Shown: positions 20,272 through 30,721, counted from the first letter of the stretch. The stretch is DNA of 64,000 nt from a virus (IMGVR_UViG_3300038345_000251:128001-192000), one strand, 5' to 3'. Notes: a model not told the origin generated them from the letters alone. Numbers and translations are program-made.

Positions 20272-23200
20272 ATGAACGAAACAAAAGTTGACAGAGTAGG
20301 CAGATTCGATTATGTAGAACCAATGAATTTAAATTTGGATTTACCAGATAATGCGATAACACATAAACCTGAAGATTATTGTATTTCAGTAAATTTAACA
20401 GTAGAAGTTCCTAGTAGGTTTTACAAAGAAAATAATGATACTATATTAGTTGCTTCATCAGATAATGGTTCTATATCATTTTTTGGTGGTAGTGATTTTG
20501 GTGGCCCTATTAGTGGCGAAAGCAAAGATATGTCACGTGGTTATTTATCAACGTCATGGACAGATATTTCTGTTAATAATGTTGGTAAAGGAAATAGAGA
20601 GTGTTTAGGAATCGAATCTATTAATGTTGCTTATTCTCCTAACTTTTTCCCTATGGTGACAATTAGATTTGTTGATGTTAGGGGTGCTTCTTTGTTCATG
20701 CCACAAGAAGAATCATATAGAAATTGGGTTAATGATAACTCATATGACCCTAAAAGACCATTTGACGGAAACTCATTTTTTAAATCTTTATTTAGTATGC
20801 CATCCCCGATTTTTAAATTAACAATTAAGGGGTTTTATGGAAAACAAGTTACATATAAACTTTTAATGAGTAAATTTGATTCTGAATTTGATAGCGAAAC
20901 AGGTAATTTTATTGCAAATGTTCAATTTGCTGGATATATGTATGGTGTTTATACTGAATTACCTATGTCTTTTATTGCATTATCACCTTATCTTGATGGT
21001 TTGAAATATTGGGAAAAGAAACATTTTACTCTTGATAATGGAATAGAAATACCAACAATACCAAATCTTATAAAAAAAATTGGCGAAGCAGTAAAACAAG
21101 CACCACAGGAAAGTTTACAATCTGAAAAGGGTAGAGAATTTACTGAAACACAAGCATTGTTAACAAAATTGAAGGAAGTTAAAAATAATTTCCCATTTAA
21201 AGGATTTGTTAAATCTGAAGGAGAATTTGGTTCTGAATCAAAGAGAGGTATTAAATTTGCCGAAGAAAATTATAGCAATGGCGAAAAGAAGTTTACTGAT
21301 GTTGATGAACTTGAAACAAGAAGTCGTATACTTGCAGGACAAAGTAAACAAGTTTATTATAAAATTGACCCAACAAATAATACTTCTTTATTTAGTTCTA
21401 ATAGAGTAACATACTCTTCTGATAGTACTGGTTTTGATAGTAAATTACGTGAAATTAAGAAGGGAAGTATTGAAAATTATAAGGAACAACTTAAAGAATT
21501 GGTAGATAAACATGGTAAAGAGTATCAAAGATATGTAGATGATTTTGATACTTTGTTAGATGTATTAAATTATCAAAAGAACATTTATGAAAATGGTGAA
21601 CTTACACAAGTAGCAAACCCAGTAATGTGTGTTTTGTGTAAAGGTGGTAGTGGAGAAAAACAAGTTCGTGGTGTTGATTTGGTTAATAAAGACAAAGAGA
21701 AAAAAACATACGGAGTAAGTTATCTTGGCTTTAAAATTGGTGAAGGTGCAAGTTGTAGAGACTGTAAACCTGAAGATATTGAAGCAATTTGTAAGAAAAT
21801 TGAAGGTGAAGGTTTTACATATAGTTCTACTGTTTTTGTTAGTAGAATTATAACAAATATTTTGGTGTGGGCAGAAGATGAAATAAAACAACTTGAAAAA
21901 AAGTATGAGAAACAAGAAGGAGAAGTGCGTGAACAACAATCAGAAATTGCTGAAAGATTAATCGGTTTCCCATTAACGATTAAGAATGTTTATGACATTA
22001 TTTTTGCTCATATTGATACTTTCATGTTTAGATTTTATGGACATTTAAATAACATAACAAATGATACTGTGAGAAAAAATCTCATAAACGGTAATTTTTA
22101 TAGTCTTTTAGATGTTCCTGATAGTTGTAAAGATAAAGAAATTCCACCATTTCCAACATTTGTTTCAAAAACAGAAAAAGATGGTGAAAAAATTACATGG
22201 CCATGTGTTATATTAAATGATGATATTGAAGAAACAAAATTTGTTTATGAGATTATTAATGCTGCATTACAACTTGGTAATGATATTGAAGCAACGTTAA
22301 AGGAACTTGAAAATAAGAGTAACGCTAATGCTAACGCTGTCAATTATCCAACAGGCAGTGATAAAAGAATTCCTGTAACAATTTTTGATTTATTATATGA
22401 CGGTAATGTTAATCCGTATGTCGCAGTATATGAACGTTACAAAGCAAATCCAAGTATTGATGTTAAAAAAGAAATATGGTTTACATTTATAATGCGTTGT
22501 GCTTATTTTGGAGAAATCTTTGCTAAATATAGAACGTTATATACAACTAATAGTAAGTCTTATGGTGATTTAAAAAAAGCACAAGAAGATATATTTAATG
22601 GTGCACATGAATATTTTGCAGCAGCAGAGGCTTGTAACATTAAGAAAGCATTTGGTAATAATCTTGATATGCCTGTTATTGTTGACATGGTAAATGAAAC
22701 AGCAAATAGTACTTTTAAATCAGAATTAAACTCTTATATTACAGGTACTGAAACAACACCATTTAAAAATACTAGTGAAAATTGGGGAAAATGGAATATT
22801 AACTTTGTTAAAGATTTTGAGGTAGATGATAAACATTTTGCAATACCAATTAAAAATTTACAACTTTATTCAACAAGAACGGATATTGGTGATGGAACAT
22901 GTGTTGATAAAAATGACGAATATGTTGTTTTTAGAAAAGATGGAGAAAATACAACTGAAACATTGAATGATAAGATATTAAATGAAAAGTCAATACAAGT
23001 TATTGAACGTGATGACTTTTTTAGTAAGTGGGTAAACTTAATTAAAGGTGACGCTGTTTTTCAAGAATCTAAAGCATTAGAAAACTCACAAATAGGCACT
23101 TTTTTAGATGATTTTTTGAACAATTATCTTGGTAAATATATGTATGGTGGTGCTGTTGAGAAAGCAGGTGATTCTGTTGATAACCCATATCGTATTGGTG

Positions 23201-25803
23201 ACAATGAAAAAATATTTGTTGAAAAAGTTAATGGAGAAAAGTTCTCATATCTTGATATTGCAAAATTATCAGCACAAGAATCAGGTGTTTATTGTTTACA
23301 ATATTCAAAGAACGAACAAAAACCTAAGAATTATACATCGTTTATTAACGGACTCCCATGTATTGACCCAGTTAATGTCATAACAACAGGAACAACAAGT
23401 AAAATTACCGCACATTTTCCATATAATGATAATGTTGAATTTAAAGAGTTTTTAAATAGTGCTGCAACACCATATGATAAAGCATATTTATTCTTATTTT
23501 CATTACCGATTAAAAAAAGTTATTTTAGTGATGGTTATTTTGGAATTAAATCACTTAAATCAGTTGGAAGTAATTTACAAAAAGTTGCAAAAAGTTGTTT
23601 GCTTAGAGAAGGTGCTTTTTATTATTGGCAAGAGAATTGGCAAACAATCAAAACACATTTTTATGAAAATTATGGTGCAACAATGACAGAAAACAGTATT
23701 CCAATAATTAAAACGGAAGAAAAGAATCCTGCACCAACATTATTTATGAAAAATGATAAGGAACAAGAATATATGACACTTGAATTAAAAGATATTCCTT
23801 TAAATAGGAAAAAGTTCCTTATTGATTATTTTAAAAGATGGGTAGAAACAGATTTTAAAACGGATATTGCTAATATTCAAATGAACGTTAGTGGTTTAAC
23901 TGATAGTGAAATGCAACGAGTTATGAATCTTTATCTTCATGGCGTTGTATATGTTGACTATTCACAACCGTTAGTGAGAAATTTATATGTTGGTAGCGGT
24001 TTTGACAAAAATGTTAAAATTGAAGGAGAAAATATTAAATTCTTTACTTCAATATATGATAAATTTAGAAATTATTTTTCTAATTTATATCCACAAGATA
24101 CGTTAACAACAAAACCAGATGCAATTAATTTACAAGATGTAGAAAAGGGTATAAAGAGTAGTATTGACTTAAAGTTATCAGTTTATTTAACTTTGCAATC
24201 ATTATATAATAAATTTATTGCAGGAAATAAACACGATAGATGGAAATATCAAGGAAAGGAATCTGATTTTAATAATTTTATCTACATGGATTCTTTTTAT
24301 AATTTGATTGGTCAAAAACTTATATTTAATAGTACAAGAATTCAACATATGTTATCTGATGTTACTGATAGTGTAAATGCGTTAGCAAATTCAGATACAA
24401 ATATGTATAAAGGTTCAGTATATGAATTTTTCTCAACAATTTGTCAGGAGAATGGGCTTAACTTATTGGCTTTACCTGTTAAACCATTTGTTACCGAAGA
24501 TAGTAATGGTGGTGTTGCTTGGCATTTGTTTGATAATATTCCATATTCTCAAATGGAAAGTGGTGAATCAAGTTGTTTTATTTCAATGTACACATATAGA
24601 CCTTCAGAACATCTTGATAATCCTGATGGTAATGGGTTATATGTATATAAAAATGATGGCTTTGATATTAATTTAAATGGTGAAAAAGATTTACCTATAC
24701 CGTTACAAGATTTCGGTGAATACGATAATGCACCAAGAATACCAGCATTTGCTGTATCATATGGTAAGCAAAATCAAAGTATTTTCAAAAAGATAACAGT
24801 ATCAACAGCCAATCCACAAATAACAGAACCGTCAATAGCAATGACTTTAAATATTGCAGCAAAAGGTGATAGTAATCCAAGAGATTCTGTTTTCTTTGGA
24901 CAGGATATTTATTCGGTTTATTCTAATTATTCATATACTTGTGATGTTGAAATGATGGGTTGTGCACCTATTATGCCATTAATGTATTTCCAATTGAATA
25001 ATATTCCAATGTTTAAAGGTGCATATATGATTATTCATGTTGAGCATAATGTTGTCGCAGGAAATATGACAACAAGATTTAAAGGTGTTAGAGTAAATAA
25101 AGCAGCAATACCTTTTGTTAAAGTTCCATATGTTTATACTGATGATTTGGGAAATAGAATTGTTAATGATGATGGTGAATACAGTGAAGATAGAACAGGT
25201 AAAAATTTCTACCCTACTAAGGAAAACCCACCAATTGTAGATTTTACTAATTCTACATCATGGGAAGAAAGAATGAGAGTTGCATTTAACATGGCATTTA
25301 ATTGTGAACATAAGACAAGTGGTGGTGAAATAAAGGGTATGTGTGGTAGATATACATATAGAATGGCATATGCATTTATTACTGGAGAAGACCCATGTAA
25401 TAAATTTCCTAATAAAAATGCTAGAGATATGGAAATGGATAAATATGATTTTGGTGGAAGAGGAAAATTTTATACTATGGAATGTCAGAAAACTTTTTTA
25501 ACAACTAATGAATGTAAAGATTTTATTAATAGTCAAAAATATAATGTTGGTGATGTTGTAATTTATTGGACAAATACACCTGTTAGGAATAGTGAAAATA
25601 AATTGGCTAGTTGTTATTTATACGGTCATGCACAAATATATACAGGTACTGAACACAGTAGCACGGTTAGTAATGGAGTATCAAGATGGGCTTCAAGTAT
25701 AAAAAATAACTATGGTACTTCTATGGTATATGCAAATACATATAAATCAACCCCTAGTTGGACAGTAAGAATATATAGACAGTTACTTTCACCAGTAGAA
25801 TAA
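20272..25803 (+). CDS. Large baseplate hub/spike protein with C-terminal CHAP/NlpC-like amidase
   Basis: Hub-like strands (LGIESINV, VTIRFVDVRG; YTCDVEMMG...YFQL..IPMFKGAYMI..VEH...MTT.F.G.R); C-terminal GMCGRY...GDVVIY...GHAQIY. Confidence 0.6.
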   Translation: MNETKVDRVGRFDYVEPMNLNLDLPDNAITHKPEDYCISVNLTVEVPSRFYKENNDTILVASSDNGSISFFGGSDFGGPISGESKDMSRGYLSTSWTDISVNNVGKGNRECLGIESINVAYSPNFFPMVTIRFVDVRGASLFMPQEESYRNWVNDNSYDPKRPFDGNSFFKSLFSMPSPIFKLTIKGFYGKQVTYKLLMSKFDSEFDSETGNFIANVQFAGYMYGVYTELPMSFIALSPYLDGLKYWEKKHFTLDNGIEIPTIPNLIKKIGEAVKQAPQESLQSEKGREFTETQALLTKLKEVKNNFPFKGFVKSEGEFGSESKRGIKFAEENYSNGEKKFTDVDELETRSRILAGQSKQVYYKIDPTNNTSLFSSNRVTYSSDSTGFDSKLREIKKGSIENYKEQLKELVDKHGKEYQRYVDDFDTLLDVLNYQKNIYENGELTQVANPVMCVLCKGGSGEKQVRGVDLVNKDKEKKTYGVSYLGFKIGEGASCRDCKPEDIEAICKKIEGEGFTYSSTVFVSRIITNILVWAEDEIKQLEKKYEKQEGEVREQQSEIAERLIGFPLTIKNVYDIIFAHIDTFMFRFYGHLNNITNDTVRKNLINGNFYSLLDVPDSCKDKEIPPFPTFVSKTEKDGEKITWPCVILNDDIEETKFVYEIINAALQLGNDIEATLKELENKSNANANAVNYPTGSDKRIPVTIFDLLYDGNVNPYVAVYERYKANPSIDVKKEIWFTFIMRCAYFGEIFAKYRTLYTTNSKSYGDLKKAQEDIFNGAHEYFAAAEACNIKKAFGNNLDMPVIVDMVNETANSTFKSELNSYITGTETTPFKNTSENWGKWNINFVKDFEVDDKHFAIPIKNLQLYSTRTDIGDGTCVDKNDEYVVFRKDGENTTETLNDKILNEKSIQVIERDDFFSKWVNLIKGDAVFQESKALENSQIGTFLDDFLNNYLGKYMYGGAVEKAGDSVDNPYRIGDNEKIFVEKVNGEKFSYLDIAKLSAQESGVYCLQYSKNEQKPKNYTSFINGLPCIDPVNVITTGTTSKITAHFPYNDNVEFKEFLNSAATPYDKAYLFLFSLPIKKSYFSDGYFGIKSLKSVGSNLQKVAKSCLLREGAFYYWQENWQTIKTHFYENYGATMTENSIPIIKTEEKNPAPTLFMKNDKEQEYMTLELKDIPLNRKKFLIDYFKRWVETDFKTDIANIQMNVSGLTDSEMQRVMNLYLHGVVYVDYSQPLVRNLYVGSGFDKNVKIEGENIKFFTSIYDKFRNYFSNLYPQDTLTTKPDAINLQDVEKGIKSSIDLKLSVYLTLQSLYNKFIAGNKHDRWKYQGKESDFNNFIYMDSFYNLIGQKLIFNSTRIQHMLSDVTDSVNALANSDTNMYKGSVYEFFSTICQENGLNLLALPVKPFVTEDSNGGVAWHLFDNIPYSQMESGESSCFISMYTYRPSEHLDNPDGNGLYVYKNDGFDINLNGEKDLPIPLQDFGEYDNAPRIPAFAVSYGKQNQSIFKKITVSTANPQITEPSIAMTLNIAAKGDSNPRDSVFFGQDIYSVYSNYSYTCDVEMMGCAPIMPLMYFQLNNIPMFKGAYMIIHVEHNVVAGNMTTRFKGVRVNKAAIPFVKVPYVYTDDLGNRIVNDDGEYSEDRTGKNFYPTKENPPIVDFTNSTSWEERMRVAFNMAFNCEHKTSGGEIKGMCGRYTYRMAYAFITGEDPCNKFPNKNARDMEMDKYDFGGRGKFYTMECQKTFLTTNECKDFINSQKYNVGDVVIYWTNTPVRNSENKLASCYLYGHAQIYTGTEHSSTVSNGVSRWASSIKNNYGTSMVYANTYKSTPSWTVRIYRQLLSPVE

Positions 25804-25828
25804 TGTTGTATTGGAAGATATTTTTTAG

Positions 25829-25836
25829 TATATTTG
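25829..25836 (+). promoter_or_regulatory. Bacteroidota-type -7 promoter box
   Basis: TATATTTG about 20 nt upstream of ATG 25856. Confidence 0.65.
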
Positions 25837-25855
25837 TAAAAAATGTTTTTCCAGT

Positions 25856-26446
25856 ATGAAATATTTAGGTAATATTGTAACAGATAGTAGAATCAATAAT
25901 TTAGAATACTATAACATTGTTAAGTCGTTAGAAAAGATTATACCTGATATACCGACACTAATTGTTGGTTATCATAAAACAATATCGGTATATGGTGAGA
26001 ATTTTAGTATTTTAGATTGGAAGTTGGACAATAACTTATATTGGACATATGGTAGAAGGGAACGAGGTGAAAGGTATCTTGAAGATATTGAAAAGTTTAA
26101 AGCAATATGTTTTAATGATATGATTAAAACCGTTGATTATCGGTTATTTAATGTGTTAGTTGAAGATGTAAACAAAAAGAAAGAATTTTTTAATTACATT
26201 AAAGATAAGAAACATAAAACCATATATATTGATAATGATATGGTTTATTTATATGAGGATAATAAACATGTTATTGGTTTTTCATTAAGAGATATTGATT
26301 ATAGTGGTGGAAATAAAAAAAAGATATTATCGGTTCTTTTATCAGATGTAAATAATAATATTTTATCAGCTAAAGAAGTATTTAATAATGAGTTTAGTAT
26401 GACGTTAAAAAATAAACCATATATAGTACCGTATTTATATAGTTGA
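25856..26446 (+). CDS. Hypothetical protein
   Basis: 196-aa ORF with its own promoter box. Confidence 0.7.
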   Translation: MKYLGNIVTDSRINNLEYYNIVKSLEKIIPDIPTLIVGYHKTISVYGENFSILDWKLDNNLYWTYGRRERGERYLEDIEKFKAICFNDMIKTVDYRLFNVLVEDVNKKKEFFNYIKDKKHKTIYIDNDMVYLYEDNKHVIGFSLRDIDYSGGNKKKILSVLLSDVNNNILSAKEVFNNEFSMTLKNKPYIVPYLYS

Positions 26447-26462
26447 TTTTTGAGAAATAATA

Positions 26463-26472
26463 ACTATTTATA
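26463..26472 (+). promoter_or_regulatory. Putative late promoter motif (ACTATTTATA)
   Basis: About 22 nt upstream of ORF 26494. Confidence 0.6.
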
Positions 26473-26493
26473 ATAAAATATAATATTGTAATT

Positions 26494-26811
26494 ATGGCAG
26501 TTAAACAAATTTATAAAAGGGTTAAATTAGGTATTAAGCCTGTAAGAGTTTCTTTAAATGAAGAAGTAGAAACCCCTATTGTAGAAAAAGAGCCGAAACC
26601 TGTTACTAAAAAAAGTAACAAGAAAAATAAAGAAGAAAAACAAGATGAAGATATGACAACTGAACAGTTTAACAGAGCAGAAGCATTGGCAATGGACATC
26701 AATGTTCCTAACCAAGTTAAAGTAGTTAAAAAAGATAGAGGTCTTATTGAAAGAACCGAATCATCAAAAATCATTCTTACAGAAGATAATAGACAAGTAC
26801 TTACAGATTAA
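26494..26811 (+). CDS. Hypothetical, likely head-associated protein
   Basis: 105 aa, charged; SLNE, LIE and ILTE motifs. Confidence 0.65.
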   Translation: MAVKQIYKRVKLGIKPVRVSLNEEVETPIVEKEPKPVTKKSNKKNKEEKQDEDMTTEQFNRAEALAMDINVPNQVKVVKKDRGLIERTESSKIILTEDNRQVLTD

Positions 26812-26816
26812 TTATT

Positions 26817-27620
26817 ATGGACTACAATAAACGAATCGTAAACGAATATAAAGAAAAATTTCAACATCTTGTAGAATATACTAATGCAGGTAGTGCATTT
26901 AAAGTAAATGAAGATGGTGAAGACCCTAATATGATGGGTGCTGACCCTTCAATGGGTGGTGCACCTATGGGAGACCCTTCAATGGGTGGTGCACCTGGTA
27001 TGGATGCAGGAATGGGTGCTGACCCTTCAATGGGTGCTGACCCTAATATGGGTGGTGCACCTATGGGAGACCCTAATGCAATGGGTGGAGACCCTAATAT
27101 GATGGGTGCTGACGCTAATATGGGTGGTGGTGTTGAAGGTTTCAACCCACAAGGTGCTGGCTCTTCAATGGGTACTGACCCTAATATGGAAGGAGAAGAA
27201 GAGGAAGTTATTGATGTTGATGAACTTGTTAATAAACAAGATGAAACTGCTGAAAAAATTGACAAGTTAGCATCAAGTTTTGATAAATTAGTTGATACCA
27301 TGAAGAGTTTTAAAGACATGGTGGATTCAAGTAATGAAAGAATGGAATCATTAAAGGCTGAAATTGAAAGAAGAAACCCAACACCTGTTGAGAAATTATC
27401 TTTAAGGTCTGGAAATGGTTATCCGTTTAATCAGACACCTGATGAATATTGGCAGACAAAACAGGCAACATCAAATTATAGTACAGAAGATGATAATAAC
27501 GGTGCAGATGACCCTCAATATCAAATAACTAAGGATGAAATTGACAATTTTAATGATTATGCAAGTGTTGCAAAAGATTTAACCAACGATTTTAACCTTA
27601 GAGATATGTTTGGATATTAA
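26817..27620 (+). CDS. Hypothetical protein with Gly/Met/Pro low-complexity repeats and a coiled coil (scaffold/internal-head-like)
   Basis: DP(S/N)MGGAP repeats, acidic stretch, heptad region. Confidence 0.7.
   Translation: MDYNKRIVNEYKEKFQHLVEYTNAGSAFKVNEDGEDPNMMGADPSMGGAPMGDPSMGGAPGMDAGMGADPSMGADPNMGGAPMGDPNAMGGDPNMMGADANMGGGVEGFNPQGAGSSMGTDPNMEGEEEEVIDVDELVNKQDETAEKIDKLASSFDKLVDTMKSFKDMVDSSNERMESLKAEIERRNPTPVEKLSLRSGNGYPFNQTPDEYWQTKQATSNYSTEDDNNGADDPQYQITKDEIDNFNDYASVAKDLTNDFNLRDMFGY
26920..27190 (+). repeat. Imperfect coding tandem repeats (GACCCT-TCA/AAT-ATGGGT...)
   Basis: Repeated GACCCTTCAATGGGT/GACCCTAATATGGGT units encoding DPSMG/DPNMG. Confidence 0.85.
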
Positions 27621-27628
27621 TATGGAAA

Positions 27629-27670
27629 TGGGGTAGAATTTTTTTCCAGAATTTTCTACCCCAAATTTTT
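27629..27670 (+). terminator. Intrinsic terminator
   Basis: TGGGGTAGAA...TTCTACCCCA then a T-rich tail. Confidence 0.65.
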
Positions 27671-27690
27671 GTATTATTAAAACTTTTTTG

Positions 27691-27698
27691 TATTTTTG
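27691..27698 (+). promoter_or_regulatory. Bacteroidota-type -7 promoter box for the replication operon
   Basis: TATTTTTG with an upstream TTTG near 27668-27671. Confidence 0.65.
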
Positions 27699-27784
27699 TA
27701 AAAAATTAGAAATCTAGCATCACTAAGAATAGTGGTGTATTAAAAAACTTTAAAAATAAATTTTATGTAAAAAAAAAATTTAAA

Positions 27785-28807
27785 ATGGGAAACAGAGTAA
27801 ACATTAACATTGACCCAGAATTAGTAAGCAAAATTGATTTAAACGAAAAAAAAACCGAAAAACAAGAAACACAAAGTACCTTTAACACAAAAAATTATCT
27901 CAACGTTAAATTAGACAAAGAAAACGGAGAACAGTCAAAAGAAATCACAATCAGGCTTCTGCCTATGAACCTTGAAACAGGTTATCCATTTGTTAGAGTA
28001 CATTTTCACAACATTAAAGTAAACAAAGCAATTTTTAACACAGAATGGAAATCTTATGTGTGCTTATCACAGAATGAAGACATTGACCATAATAAATTTG
28101 GTAATAAATGTCCGCTTTGTGAACAGAATCAGAAAGCATACAAGTTAGCAGAAAAAGAAACAGACGAAGCAAAGAAAAAAGCACTTTACAAACTTTCTTG
28201 CAGTTATAAGAGTAACGAAGCTGTTATTGTTCGTTGTATTGAACGTGGAAAAGAAAGTGAAGGTGTAAAGTTTTGGAAATTTAATCTTCGTGATGATAAG
28301 GCAGACCCTTATAATCAAATAATGGACCTTTTCAAATATAGAAGAAATAAATCTCTTGAAAAGGGTGACGAAGTTCCTGAAAATATTCTTGATTTGTATA
28401 ATGGTAGAGATTTGATTGTCACAATTAAGTCAACAGAAAAAAGTAACAATACAAATATTACAATTCGTCTTGATGAAGATAGAACACCTATTACAACTGA
28501 TGAAGAACTTCTTGAAAAATGGGTATATGATAAGAAAACATGGCAAGAAGTATTTCCACCAAAGGATTATGACTATATCAGTCTTGTAATTCAAAATAAA
28601 TACCCTTGGTTCGATAAGAAAAATAATAAATGGGTTGATAGAGACGAATTCAATAAAGATAAGGAAAATCAGGTAAAAGATGAAGACAAGAAAGTTGATG
28701 AGGCTGATAAGAAATTAAAAGAACCTGAAAAATACACTGAAGATTCATCATTAGCGAAGGATATTGAAATTGATGATGAAGATGATGGTGAAGAACTTCC
28801 ATTTTAA
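27785..28807 (+). CDS. Single-stranded DNA-binding protein (T4 gp32-like)
   Basis: IRLLP, HFH, C...CPLC Zn site, GVKFWKF, DLYNGRDLIV, acidic tail ending EELPF. Confidence 0.8.
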   Translation: MGNRVNINIDPELVSKIDLNEKKTEKQETQSTFNTKNYLNVKLDKENGEQSKEITIRLLPMNLETGYPFVRVHFHNIKVNKAIFNTEWKSYVCLSQNEDIDHNKFGNKCPLCEQNQKAYKLAEKETDEAKKKALYKLSCSYKSNEAVIVRCIERGKESEGVKFWKFNLRDDKADPYNQIMDLFKYRRNKSLEKGDEVPENILDLYNGRDLIVTIKSTEKSNNTNITIRLDEDRTPITTDEELLEKWVYDKKTWQEVFPPKDYDYISLVIQNKYPWFDKKNNKWVDRDEFNKDKENQVKDEDKKVDEADKKLKEPEKYTEDSSLAKDIEIDDEDDGEELPF

Positions 28808-28822
28808 AAATTATTAATAGTT

Positions 28823-29419
28823 ATGGCATTAATATTTAGATATGGAACAATGAATAGTGGTAAGTCACTACAATTGTTGGCTTTAGCATATAATCTTGAA
28901 ATGGAAAGTATACCATTTATTATTTTGAAGAGTGAAATTGATAATAGGGATGGAGAAAACACAATTCATTCAAGAGCAATTCCTGGTAATAGAGAATGTA
29001 TAACGGTTACAAAGACAGATAATATTGTTAATATGTTTCAGGATGTTGCATTTACAGGTATAAAATGTTTATTAATTGATGAAGTGCAGTTTTTGACACC
29101 TAAACAAATTGAACAATTAGCATTTCTTGTTGATACATATGGTATTGATGTATATTGTTATGGATTAAAAACAGATTTTAAGACAAAATTATTTCCTGCT
29201 ACACAAAGATTGTTTGAAATTGCAGATGAATTTGAAGAAATTAAATCATATTGTAAGTTCGATGGCTTTAGTAAAACTATGTTTAACGCACGTGTTGACA
29301 AAAACGGAAACATAGTAAGAAAAGGTGAACAAATTGAAGTAGGTGGAAATGATAGATATAGACCAATGTCAAGACAAGAATATTTTATTAGAACAAACTT
29401 ATATCATAAATTTGATTAA
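28823..29419 (+). CDS. tdk: Thymidine kinase
   Basis: YGTMNSGKS, IDEVQFL, YGLKTDF, QIEVGG..Y. Confidence 0.93.
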   Translation: MALIFRYGTMNSGKSLQLLALAYNLEMESIPFIILKSEIDNRDGENTIHSRAIPGNRECITVTKTDNIVNMFQDVAFTGIKCLLIDEVQFLTPKQIEQLAFLVDTYGIDVYCYGLKTDFKTKLFPATQRLFEIADEFEEIKSYCKFDGFSKTMFNARVDKNGNIVRKGEQIEVGGNDRYRPMSRQEYFIRTNLYHKFD

Positions 29420-29431
29420 AAAAAAATTTCT

Positions 29432-30640
29432 ATGGCAAAACAACCGTTAAAAAAGAAAGAAGTTAAAACACGTCCCAATGTGTTAGATTTTAAAGCAAAA
29501 ATGGGACTTGTTGCAACAAAAGAAGCAAGTAACGCTGATAAACCTATTGATTGGCTTATAATGCCTGATGCATATAAAGAAGCACTTAAATTACCTGGTA
29601 TTCCAATTTCTTATGTAACAACAATCATTGGACATTCTAATACAGGTAAATCAACTTTAGTTAATCATGCAATTGTTGCAGCACAAAGACAAGGGTTTAT
29701 ACCTGTTATATATGATACCGAAAATAACTTTGATTTCAAGTATGCTATTGATATGGGTATGGAAGCAACACCTATATATGGTGATATTGAAGTTGAAAAA
29801 GTTAATGAAGAAACAGGTGAAATTGAACTAACAAAAGAAAAGGGTCTTGTTGCATATGACGGTAATTTTATTTACTTTAACAATACTTTACTTGCTGAAA
29901 GATATGGTAAAAACGATTATTCAACAGGTAAGGAAACAGCAAAGGCAAGAAAGATTGCGGTAATTGAAGATATTGCTTATTCAATCAATGAATTACTTGA
30001 TGCACAGGATAATAATGAAGTTGGCGCAGGTTTTGTGTTTATTTGGGATTCAGTTGGTTCAATCAATAGTTTCAAGAGTTATAATAGTAAAGCTGGAAAT
30101 AGTATGTGGGATGCAGCAGCAATTAGTGTTGCGTTTAATCAAATCGTAAATGATAGGATTCCACGTTCAAGAAAAGTTTCAGCAGAATATGCTAATACTT
30201 TAATTCTTGTTAATAAAGTGTGGCTTGATTCAATGACAAATCCTGTTGGACCACCAAGTATTCAATTAAAAGGTGGTAATTCAATTTTCTATGCATCACG
30301 ATTAATTATTCTTCTTGGAGGACAATTGAAGGCTTCAACTAAGAAGTTGACTGCACAATCGAAAGGACTTACATATAATTATGGTATTCAGACAAAGATT
30401 AAGGTACTTAAAAATCAGTTACCAAATCCATATACAATAACATATGAAGGTGAAGTAATTTGTACCCCACACGGTATGATTAGTACTGACAAGGATGTAT
30501 TGGATGCTTATCGTAAAGAGCATGTAAACTACATTTTGAAGCAATTGAACGATGTAAGTGTTAGTAACAACAGTAATGTGGTAGTATCTGATTCTGATGA
30601 CATTACATTTACTGAAAGTGATGAAGAAGATGTTAATTAA
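29432..30640 (+). CDS. RecA/UvsX-like recombinase
   Basis: Walker A GHSNTGKST, YDTEN, IWDSVGS, KGGNSIFY, KVLKN. Confidence 0.88.
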   Translation: MAKQPLKKKEVKTRPNVLDFKAKMGLVATKEASNADKPIDWLIMPDAYKEALKLPGIPISYVTTIIGHSNTGKSTLVNHAIVAAQRQGFIPVIYDTENNFDFKYAIDMGMEATPIYGDIEVEKVNEETGEIELTKEKGLVAYDGNFIYFNNTLLAERYGKNDYSTGKETAKARKIAVIEDIAYSINELLDAQDNNEVGAGFVFIWDSVGSINSFKSYNSKAGNSMWDAAAISVAFNQIVNDRIPRSRKVSAEYANTLILVNKVWLDSMTNPVGPPSIQLKGGNSIFYASRLIILLGGQLKASTKKLTAQSKGLTYNYGIQTKIKVLKNQLPNPYTITYEGEVICTPHGMISTDKDVLDAYRKEHVNYILKQLNDVSVSNNSNVVVSDSDDITFTESDEEDVN

Positions 30641-30656
30641 AAATGTCTAAAAAAAG

Positions 30657-30696
30657 AAAAATAACTGGGAAGGGTTGCTTTTCCAGTTATTTTTTT
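30657..30696 (+). terminator. Intrinsic terminator
   Basis: AAAAATAACTGG...CCAGTTATTTTT; followed at once by a -7 box TATTTTTG at 30698-30705. Confidence 0.75.
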
Positions 30697-30721
30697 GTAT
30701 TTTTGTATAAAAGAAGACGAA

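Noticed and set aside
26920-27190. Repeats as a CRISPR array
   Set aside because: In-frame coding repeats of variable length with no unique spacers; no array seen near the Cas2-like gene either
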